From Crocosphaera subtropica ATCC 51142 (GTDB lineage Bacteria; Cyanobacteriota; Cyanobacteriia; Cyanobacteriales; Microcystaceae), in the NCBI RefSeq assembly GCF_000017845.1, contig NC_010546.1, forward strand, positions 4,320,001 through 4,352,000: DNA of 32,000 bases. Reading direction: 5' to 3'. This document shows positions 9,541-16,680 of this stretch, one piece after another. The position numbers were made by a program, and so were the translations under genes. Each line of letters begins with the position of its first letter. Position 1 is the stretch's first letter. The notes under the pieces were generated by a model that saw nothing but the letters and a program-made list of their open reading frames with translations, was not told the origin of the DNA and did no database searches.

Positions 9541-11955
9541 ATGACTCATTTTTCAGGTTCTAAAACAATTTTATCTCAAGTTCCTTCCCTTACCTTACGA
9601 AATCAGCAAGGTCAGATTTTGGGACCTTTTGAGTTAACAAAAGACGTACATCATTTAGGCAGAAATCCTGATAAAGCTGATCTGATTGTTCCTGAAAATA
9701 ACAATTGGATGATGGTTAGTGGTTGTCAAGCTTCTTTCATTAAAGAAGGAAATGATTATCGAATTTATGATGGCGATCAAGTTAAACCTAGTAGTAATCG
9801 CTTATTTTTAAATAATACTTTAATTACCCCAAAAGAAGGATTATTATTACAAGATGGTATGGAAATTACTATTGGAACAGTAATGGGAAACCATATCATT
9901 ATTACCTATTCTAATTCTAATAGTAATCAACCCTTAAAACCTGTAAACAAAACATCTATTTCTCTTAAAAATAAATCAGTTGTTATTGGTAGAGATACTC
10001 AAGCTAATTTACGATTAGATGCGCCGACGGTTTCTCGTTATCATGCCATCATCGATACGAATAATCAAGGTGAATATATTCTGACAGATCGTAGCACTAA
10101 TGGGGTCTTTGTGAATGGACAAAAAGTAACAGGTCAAGCAATTCTTTCTAATGGATCGACTATTCGTATTGGACCGTATACTTTAATTTTACAAGGGGAT
10201 GATTTACTAATTGCAGATACAGGGGATAATATTCGCCTTGATGCTAAGAACTTATCTCGGACTGTTCAAGACAAACATGGAAAAAAGATTACTTTATTAA
10301 CAGATATTTCTTTGCCTATTAATCCTGGGCAATTTGTTGTTATTGTTGGGGGAAGTGGGGCAGGAAAATCCACTTTAATGCGAACTTTATTAGGGTTGGA
10401 ACCAGTAGACAGTGGAATAGTTGAATTAAATGGAGAAGATTTACGGAAAAATTTTAATATTTATCGTAATCTTATTGGTTATGTCCCTCAATATGATATC
10501 GTTCATTCTAATTTGACAGTAAAAGAAGTTTTAGATTATGCAGCTAAATTACGCTTACCTGCTGATATTAATCTTGAACAAGAAAGAGAGAAAGTTTTAA
10601 AGCAAATAGACTTAAAAGAACGAGAAAATACTTTAGTTAAAAATCTTAGTGGAGGACAACTTAAACGGGTGAGTATGGGGGTTGAATTATTAGCTGACCC
10701 TAAACTTTTCTTCTTAGATGAACCTACGTCTGGACTCGATCCAGGGTTAGATAAAAAAATGATGGAATTACTTGACCACTTATCTAAAGAAGGACGAACT
10801 ATTATTTTAGTTACTCACACGACCTTGAATATTAATCTTTGCGATCGCTTAGTTTTTCTAGGAAAAGGAGGCAATCTTTGTTATTTCGGACCTCCTCAAG
10901 AAGCTATGACCTTTTTCGGAGTTAAAAGTAATAATTTTGCTGATATTTATGTTCATCTTGAAGATAAAAATAAAGTAAAAGAAGAGGCAAATCGATTTAA
11001 AAATGATCCTAATTTTCATGATAAATATATTGCTCAATATTTAGTACAGTTATCAACCCCTACTCATCAAAAATCTAAACCCAAAAAAGTCAAAAGCTCT
11101 TTTTTACAACAGTTCTCTATTTTATCTCAAAGGTATGGTCAGTTATGGTTGAGAGATCCTTTAAATATCAGTTTAACTTTAATGACTGCACCTTTGGGAA
11201 TTCTAGCAATGAGAATTGCTTTATCTGAGACAATTCCTTTTAATCTATCTAATGAAAATGACCCAACTTTTGCCACTTTATCTCTAAAAGTTTTGTTCGT
11301 TTTTACCTGTGCAGCTATTTGGGTAGGGTTAGCAACTTCATTACAAGAAATTGTTAAAGAGTCGAAAATTTATCAACGAGAAAGATTAGTCAATTTAGGA
11401 ATTTGGGCTTATTTGGGATCAAAAGCATCTATTTTAGGTATCTTAGGATTCTTACAAAGTTTATTAATATCTTTAACAATTTTTATCTCTTTTAAAGCAC
11501 CAGAATCAAATCAACTTGCTTGGATCTTAGGAACAGAAATAACCATATTTTTGACTTTATTTTCTACTATTGCTTTAGGAATCATGGTATCAGCTTTTGT
11601 TAAAAATATTACTCAAGCTAATAGTTCTTTACCCTTACTACTATTGCCTGAAATTATCTTTTCGGGAGTCTTGTTCAAAATGACAGGGGTTGGTAAACTA
11701 CTATCTTGGTTAATGATTAGTCGTTGGTCAGTAGGTGCATTGGGCAGTTTAGTTAATATTCCTTCTATGATTCCTGAAGCTAAACCTATTTCCCCATTAA
11801 ACCCTAATCCAGTGGTAGTTCCCGTAGATATTCCGACAGAGGTTTATGCTGCTGATTCTAGTAATTTATTAATCAATTGGGGCTTATTATTATTACATAG
11901 TTTTATTTATTGGTGTGTCACTTATATCTTGCAAAAACGTAAAGATATTTTATAA
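9541..11955 (+). CDS. FHA-FHA-ABC ATPase-ABC2 permease fusion (Rv1747-like, ABCG-type half transporter)
   Basis: FHA1 spans aa ~36-112 (LGRNPD...VSGCQ...SSNRLFLNN). FHA2 spans aa ~146-216 (VIGRD...VSRYH...STNGVFVNG). ABC motifs: Walker A GGSGAGKST, signature LSGGQLKR, Walker B LFFLDEPTSGLD. About 6 TM helices follow in the C-terminal 270 aa. Confidence 0.9.
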   Translation: MTHFSGSKTILSQVPSLTLRNQQGQILGPFELTKDVHHLGRNPDKADLIVPENNNWMMVSGCQASFIKEGNDYRIYDGDQVKPSSNRLFLNNTLITPKEGLLLQDGMEITIGTVMGNHIIITYSNSNSNQPLKPVNKTSISLKNKSVVIGRDTQANLRLDAPTVSRYHAIIDTNNQGEYILTDRSTNGVFVNGQKVTGQAILSNGSTIRIGPYTLILQGDDLLIADTGDNIRLDAKNLSRTVQDKHGKKITLLTDISLPINPGQFVVIVGGSGAGKSTLMRTLLGLEPVDSGIVELNGEDLRKNFNIYRNLIGYVPQYDIVHSNLTVKEVLDYAAKLRLPADINLEQEREKVLKQIDLKERENTLVKNLSGGQLKRVSMGVELLADPKLFFLDEPTSGLDPGLDKKMMELLDHLSKEGRTIILVTHTTLNINLCDRLVFLGKGGNLCYFGPPQEAMTFFGVKSNNFADIYVHLEDKNKVKEEANRFKNDPNFHDKYIAQYLVQLSTPTHQKSKPKKVKSSFLQQFSILSQRYGQLWLRDPLNISLTLMTAPLGILAMRIALSETIPFNLSNENDPTFATLSLKVLFVFTCAAIWVGLATSLQEIVKESKIYQRERLVNLGIWAYLGSKASILGILGFLQSLLISLTIFISFKAPESNQLAWILGTEITIFLTLFSTIALGIMVSAFVKNITQANSSLPLLLLPEIIFSGVLFKMTGVGKLLSWLMISRWSVGALGSLVNIPSMIPEAKPISPLNPNPVVVPVDIPTEVYAADSSNLLINWGLLLLHSFIYWCVTYILQKRKDIL
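10841..10848. repeat. HIP1 octamer GCGATCGC
   Basis: Exact match read in sequence. Confidence 0.95.
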
Positions 11956-12036
11956 AAAAATAAACAATCATTTAGATTTTAACTACCTAAAAAGGTTACA
12001 ATAAGAAAAGAAAAAAATTAATTTTGATATAAAAGT

Positions 12037-13128
12037 ATGGGTAACACTTTTGGCCATCTATTTCGTATCACAACCTTTGGAGAATCTCACGGGGGAGGAG
12101 TCGGGGTGATTATTGATGGTTGTCCCCCTCGTTTAGACTTATCAGAAAGCGATATTCAGGGGGATTTAGATCGTCGTCGTCCCGGACAAAGTAAGATTAC
12201 CACACCCCGAAAAGAAACAGATACTTGTGAAATTATTTCAGGGGTGTTTCAAGGGAAAACATTAGGGACTCCCATTGCTATTTTAGTTCGCAATAAAGAT
12301 GCACGATCACAAGATTATAATGAGATGTCTGTTAAGTTTCGTCCCTCCCATGCAGATGCAACTTATGAAGCAAAATATGGCATCAGAAACTGGCAAGGGG
12401 GAGGTCGATCTTCTGCTAGAGAAACGATTGGAAGAGTGGCAGCTGGTGCGATCGCTAAAAAAATATTAAAACAAGTTGCTAATGTTGAAATTGTTGGCTA
12501 TGTAAAACGCATTAAAGACTTAGAAGGAAACGTTAATCCAGATACTGTTACTCTTGAAGAAGTTGAAAGTAATATTGTTCGTTGTCCCGATGCCGACATG
12601 GCAGAAAAAATGATCGATCTGATTGATCAAACTCGACGAGATAAAGACTCCATTGGTGGTGTGGTTGAATGTGTTGCTCGTTATGTTCCTAGAGGGTTAG
12701 GAGAACCTGTTTTTGATAAATTAGAGGCAGATTTAGCTAAAGCTGTCATGTCTCTTCCTGCGAGTAAAGGATTTGAAATTGGCTCAGGATTTGCTGGAAC
12801 CCTATTAACAGGAAGTGAACATAATGATGAATTTTATATTGATGATAATGGAAATATCCGTACTAAAACCAATCGTTCAGGGGGTATTCAAGGGGGAATT
12901 AGTAACGGAGAACATATCATTATTCGTGTTGCTTTTAAACCCACTGCTACCATTGGCAAAGAACAAAAAACTGTGACTTCTGAAAGTGAAGAAACTACCT
13001 TAGCAGCCAAAGGAAGACATGATCCCTGTGTTTTATCTAGGGCAGTTCCTATGGTAGAAGCGATGGTTGCCTTAGTATTATGCGATCATTTATTACGTTG
13101 GCAAGGACAATGTCAAGTATTAACTTAA
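12037..13128 (+). CDS. aroC: Chorismate synthase
   Basis: Motifs [44 protein letters not shown] and GRHDPCV; 363 aa. Confidence 0.95.
   Translation: MGNTFGHLFRITTFGESHGGGVGVIIDGCPPRLDLSESDIQGDLDRRRPGQSKITTPRKETDTCEIISGVFQGKTLGTPIAILVRNKDARSQDYNEMSVKFRPSHADATYEAKYGIRNWQGGGRSSARETIGRVAAGAIAKKILKQVANVEIVGYVKRIKDLEGNVNPDTVTLEEVESNIVRCPDADMAEKMIDLIDQTRRDKDSIGGVVECVARYVPRGLGEPVFDKLEADLAKAVMSLPASKGFEIGSGFAGTLLTGSEHNDEFYIDDNGNIRTKTNRSGGIQGGISNGEHIIIRVAFKPTATIGKEQKTVTSESEETTLAAKGRHDPCVLSRAVPMVEAMVALVLCDHLLRWQGQCQVLT
12448..12455. repeat. HIP1 octamer GCGATCGC
   Basis: Exact match read in sequence. Confidence 0.95.
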
Positions 13129-13160
13129 TAGTATTAATTTTAGGCTTAAAATGGTGCAAT

Positions 13161-13592
13161 ATGGAAGAATTAATCACCCTCAAAGAACTCTTACAACAGG
13201 GGAATATTCCTGAAGCCATTACTTTAGTTGAAGAAATGGAAGAAATGAGCAAAGATGATAGAATTAATAATATCATTAGTTATGGAATTATTTTGTTAAT
13301 TTATCTCATTAAACAACAAGTTGAAAAACGTAAAATTCGTTCTGGGGATGTATCAATTGGCAATTCTGTCTTAGCCATTCAAGAAAAGAAAAAACGCCGT
13401 AAGTCAGGGGGTTATTATCTATCTTTAGAAGAGTTAAAACTGTCCTTAGAAGCTGCTTATAAACAAGCTATTAATAAAGCATCCTTAGAAGTAGAAGAGG
13501 GGCGTTATAGTCGTCAAGAATTACTCAAATTAGTAGATAAACCAGTAATCATTGATCAGGCAATGGATTTAATTGTGACTCTTGATGATTAA
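13161..13592 (+). CDS. Small hypothetical protein, possibly DUF29-like
   Basis: The track ORF (13080) overlaps the aroC 3' end; the ATG at 13161 (MEELITLKELLQQG...) avoids that overlap. The pattern EEMEEMSKDDR...LLIYLIKQQVEKRK...AYKQAINKASLE parallels the DUF29 layout, but the family call is weak. Confidence 0.55.
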   Translation: MEELITLKELLQQGNIPEAITLVEEMEEMSKDDRINNIISYGIILLIYLIKQQVEKRKIRSGDVSIGNSVLAIQEKKKRRKSGGYYLSLEELKLSLEAAYKQAINKASLEVEEGRYSRQELLKLVDKPVIIDQAMDLIVTLDD

Positions 13593-13602
13593 TGAAGAAA
13601 AA

Positions 13603-13622
13603 TAACGTCAATTCGGGATAAG
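13603..13622. repeat. Left copy of an imperfect ~20-nt inverted repeat bracketing the hcp segment (TAACGTCAATTCGGGATAAG)
   Basis: Its reverse complement, CTTATCCCGAATTGACGTTA, matches 15973-15992 (CTTATCCCGAATTCAGGTTA) at 18 of 20 positions. The first 13 nt are identical. Confidence 0.6.
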
Positions 13623-13689
13623 CTCAAAGGTTAATAAAATCGTTGCCTAAAACACCCATTATTTCTTTGCATATGCTCTAACTCCTTTG

Positions 13690-13855
13690 CGTAGCACGAC
13701 GTAGTCGCACTCCAAACTCCTAACCCCGAACTCAGGTAAAAATAGGTTACCCAATAGCATGAGAAAAGCACCTGGAAGTCTTGCCTTGTTTCGACACCAA
13801 GTGCTTTACTCTTTAAGCTCTCACACCACACAATCACTCTTTCACACCACAATCG
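13690..13855 (-). ncRNA. Candidate structured non-coding RNA (family unknown), minus-sense
   Basis: GC-richer island inside a 650-bp AT-rich spacer. Three hairpins: 13811-13761 (about 17 bp in three blocks), 13752-13734 (6 bp, 7-nt loop) and 13710-13694 (7 bp, triloop). They contain four G-U wobbles in the minus sense that become C-A mismatches in the plus sense. An 18-nt imperfect tandem repeat lies at 13818-13854. The only ORF here (13631-13852) is W/C-rich and not protein-like. No promoter or terminator could be defined. Confidence 0.3.
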
Positions 13856-14004
13856 AACTCAATCGATTAGTAATAAAGATAAGAGTTTTATTCTTGGAAT
13901 TCAATCAACAATAGACAGTTTTAAAATTGTCACCTTATAAGTTCTAAATAATAAAGTTTTCATAAAATTAACCTTTAGATTTAATAAAATTTTTCAAGCT
14001 ATAT

Positions 14005-14020
14005 TGTCATTAATGCTACA
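14005..14020. promoter_or_regulatory. TGTC-N8-TACA palindrome-like site (CRP/FNR/NtcA-family half-site geometry) about 230 nt upstream of hcp
   Basis: Read directly: tgtc attaatgc taca. It has one mismatch to the NtcA consensus TGTA-N8-TACA. The context is AT-rich, so a chance match is possible. Confidence 0.2.
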
Positions 14021-14243
14021 GCTAATAAAAAGTAAATATAAAAATAATCTATTTAATGATACAAATGATACAATATAAATAAAAGTGAGGTCAATAGTTT
14101 TAGATATCGCACTACACATTAAGGTGAGAAAATTATTAAAATCTTAAATTTACATAACAAACTTTTATCTTTTGTGTAGGGTCGGGTTCTCTTCAAAACC
14201 CAATATTGATTGCCTTACTTTCCATCCGAAGGAGTCTTAAATT

Positions 14244-15893
14244 ATGTTTTGTGAACAATGCGAACAAACCGCTAGTGGTAACGGATGTCATCAATGGGGG
14301 GCTTGTGGAAAAAGCCCAGAAGTTAATGCTGTACAAGACTTATTAGTTTACTGTTTAAGGGGGCTTGCACCTGTTACCATTAAAGCCAGAGAATTAGGCA
14401 TTTCTTGTCATGAAGCAGACGTTTTTACCGGGGAAACGTTATTTGCTACTATGACCAATGTTAACTTTGAGCGGAAACGATTTAATGTCTATATTCGTCA
14501 ATGTATTCACATTCGAGAAGGATTAAAAAATAGCATTGAAAAGATAAGTAAAAAACCCATAAGCTGGTCTGAGGTTTCTAACTATCAACCCAATTTTTCA
14601 GAAAGTTTAGCCGAACAAGGCAGGGAAAAAGACTTAACTTTTATTAGTCAATCCACTAATAATGTCGATATTTTCTCTTTAAAACTGACGGTTCTATATG
14701 GAATTAAAGGCACAGCTTCTTATACCTTTCATGCTCAAGAATTAGGCCAAGAAGATGAAAAAGTTTACGCTTTTATTCAAGAAGCATTAGCTTCCCTTGA
14801 TCGCAATGATTTGAGTTTAGAAGATTGGGTTAATATAGCCCTAAAAGTAGGAGAAATTAACCTACGGGCAATGGAATTATTAGATCAAGGACATACCACC
14901 ACCTATGGACATCCTACCCCCACAAAAGTACCATTAAACCCCAAACAAGGTAAAGGGATTTTAGTATCGGGTCATGATATTAAACAATTAGCTGCTTTAC
15001 TGCAACAAACCGTTAATAAAGGGCTAATGGTTTACACTCACGGAGAATTATTACCGGCTCATGGTTATCCTATTTTAAAAGAAAAATACCCCCATTTTTA
15101 CGGTCATTATGGCACAGCATGGCAAAATCAAACCAAAGACTTTGCTCATTTTCCTGGGGCAATTATTGTCACTACAAATTGTTTAATGCCTCCTCATGAA
15201 ACCTATGAAGATAAGTTGTTTACTATTGGTCCAGTAGGCTATTCAGGTATTAATTATTTATCATCAGATGATAAGGGAGTTCCTGACTATAGTTTAGCCA
15301 TTGAAACTTCACTAAAAATGGCAGGGTTTACAACAGATGAAGCCCCTCGTCATGTCATGGTTGGATTTGCCCATAACACGGTTTTAAATGTGTCTGAACA
15401 AGTGATTGAAGCAGTCAAAAAAGGTGAAATTCGTCATTTCTTCCTGGTTGGAGGGTGTGATGGGGCAAAACCTGGACGGACTTACTATACCGAATTTGTG
15501 GAAAAAGTTCCTAAAGATTGTATTGTTTTGACCCTTGCTTGTGGTAAATTTCGCTTCTTTGATAAACAGTTAGGAGAGATCGGAAATTTACCCCGTTTAA
15601 TGGATGTTGGACAATGTAATGATGCTTATTCTGCCATAAAAATTGCGTTAGGATTAGCTGAGGCGTTTCAAGTAAGTGTCAACGATTTGCCGTTATCCAT
15701 GATTTTATCTTGGTACGAACAAAAAGCGGTAGCCGTTCTTTTAACCTTACTTTATTTAGGTATTAAAGACATCCGTTTAGGGCCGACATTACCAGCTTTT
15801 ATTACCCCCAATGTCTTAAGATTTCTCTCAGAAACTTATAATTTACAACCCATTACAACCCCTGATCAAGATTTAGTTGCTTGTTTAGCTTAA
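14244..15893 (+). CDS. hcp: Hybrid cluster protein (hydroxylamine/NO reductase Hcp)
   Basis: N-terminal Cys cluster MFCEQCEQTASGNGCHQWGACGK. Also VSGHD, THGELLPAHGYP, TTNCLMPP, LVGGCDG, ACGKFRF and GQCNDAYSA; 549 aa. AAGGAG (14229-14234) lies 9 nt before the ATG. Confidence 0.95.
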   Translation: MFCEQCEQTASGNGCHQWGACGKSPEVNAVQDLLVYCLRGLAPVTIKARELGISCHEADVFTGETLFATMTNVNFERKRFNVYIRQCIHIREGLKNSIEKISKKPISWSEVSNYQPNFSESLAEQGREKDLTFISQSTNNVDIFSLKLTVLYGIKGTASYTFHAQELGQEDEKVYAFIQEALASLDRNDLSLEDWVNIALKVGEINLRAMELLDQGHTTTYGHPTPTKVPLNPKQGKGILVSGHDIKQLAALLQQTVNKGLMVYTHGELLPAHGYPILKEKYPHFYGHYGTAWQNQTKDFAHFPGAIIVTTNCLMPPHETYEDKLFTIGPVGYSGINYLSSDDKGVPDYSLAIETSLKMAGFTTDEAPRHVMVGFAHNTVLNVSEQVIEAVKKGEIRHFFLVGGCDGAKPGRTYYTEFVEKVPKDCIVLTLACGKFRFFDKQLGEIGNLPRLMDVGQCNDAYSAIKIALGLAEAFQVSVNDLPLSMILSWYEQKAVAVLLTLLYLGIKDIRLGPTLPAFITPNVLRFLSETYNLQPITTPDQDLVACLA

Positions 15894-15927
15894 ATATGGG
15901 GTTGTCTCATCAATTTTAAAGCTGTAG

Positions 15928-15956
15928 GGTGGGCAAAAGGTTTAGATTTGTCCACC
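15928..15956 (+). terminator. Probable hcp 3' hairpin / intrinsic terminator
   Basis: GGUGGGCAAA, a 9-nt loop, then UUUGUCCACC: 10 bp including one G-U that pairs only in the plus sense. It starts 35 nt after the hcp stop. An interrupted U-rich tract (guuguuauuuucuuau) begins 6 nt downstream. Confidence 0.45.
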
Positions 15957-15972
15957 TCGCCGTTGTTATTTT

Positions 15973-16007
15973 CTTATCCCGAATTCAGGTTACAATAAGT
16001 TCTAAAT
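15973..16007. repeat. 35-nt mosaic intergenic repeat (cttatcccgaattcaggttacaataagttctaaat), right partner of the inverted repeat
   Basis: Three overlapping exact 13-mers have copies elsewhere. 15973-15985 matches the reverse complement of 13610-13622. 15987-15999 matches 11993-12005. 15995-16007 matches 13937-13949. There is also a gapped imperfect copy at 13724-13757. Confidence 0.6.
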
Positions 16008-16080
16008 TATAGAAATACCAGCATTATAGACGTTCACCTCTGGTTTAAACTTAAATCTTAAATCAATCTTAAAACAGCCA

Positions 16081-16680
16081 ATGCCACAAGTTTCTCAACA
16101 AGAATTAATTGCAGGGGTCAAACAAGGAAAAGTAATTAGTTTTCCTACGGATACTGTTCCTGCTTTAGCTGCGTTACCTGAGTCTGCTTCTCTGATTTTT
16201 GCCACGAAACAACGACCTCCTGATAAACCTTTAATTTTGATGGGGTCATCTTCGGACGCTATCTGGAAATATGTTAAAGGAACGCCCCAAGAATTCGAGA
16301 TATGGGAAAAAGTTGTTAAGCAATATTGGCCAGGTCAATTAACATTAGTGTTACCTGCTTCTGAGTGGGTTCCCAAAGCCATGAATCCCCTTGAACCCAC
16401 TACTATCGGGGTTCGGATTCCCAACTCGATAATTGCCCAAAATATACTGAAACAAACTGGTTGTTTAGCCACCACTAGCGCAAATTTATCAGGGGAACCA
16501 CCCATCGAAACCTTAAGTGAAATTGCGGCTAATTTTCCTGATGTTTTAGTTTTAAATGAAGAAGTGTTAAAGAATCAGAAAAAATACGGTAGTGGGTTAC
16601 CTTCAACTGTGGCAAAATGGACAGATACAGACTGGAAAATTTTGCGTCAAGGCAGTATTAAATTAACGGAAAATAAATAA
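16081..16680 (+). CDS. tsaC: L-threonylcarbamoyladenylate synthase (TsaC/YrdC family)
   Basis: Motifs FPTDTVPALAA, KQRPPDKPLILM, IGVRIP and TTSANLSGEPP; 199 aa. Confidence 0.85.
   Translation: MPQVSQQELIAGVKQGKVISFPTDTVPALAALPESASLIFATKQRPPDKPLILMGSSSDAIWKYVKGTPQEFEIWEKVVKQYWPGQLTLVLPASEWVPKAMNPLEPTTIGVRIPNSIIAQNILKQTGCLATTSANLSGEPPIETLSEIAANFPDVLVLNEEVLKNQKKYGSGLPSTVAKWTDTDWKILRQGSIKLTENK

Noticed and set aside
13049-13276. Minus-strand 75-aa ORF, and the 13080 start of the plus-strand 170-aa ORF overlapping the aroC 3' end
   Set aside because: The minus ORF is antisense to aroC and the small downstream gene, with a hydrophobic low-complexity translation. The 13080 start would overlap aroC by 49 nt, and the ATG at 13161 gives a clean non-overlapping gene.
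13631-13852. 73-aa minus-strand ORF (MWCERVIVWCESLKSKALGV...)
   Set aside because: It has W/C-rich, non-protein-like composition and no ribosome-binding site, and it coincides with strong RNA hairpins. I treat it as non-coding (see the ncRNA candidate).
13818-13854. Plus-strand CUCUCACACC / CUUUCACACC motifs resembling the conserved Yfr1 core (ACUCCUCACAC)
   Set aside because: The match is not exact, the motif is duplicated rather than flanked by the two Yfr1 stem-loops, and the neighbouring hairpins pair better in the minus sense.
13851-13870. GAGTTCGATT on the minus strand, reminiscent of a tRNA T-loop
   Set aside because: There is no complementary T-stem, acceptor stem or anticodon arm around it, so it is not a tRNA or tmRNA.
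13603-15992. Calling the hcp segment a bona fide mobile element
   Set aside because: Inverted repeats are present, but there is no transposase, integrase or recognisable target-site duplication. It is therefore reported only as a finding and not annotated as a mobile_element.
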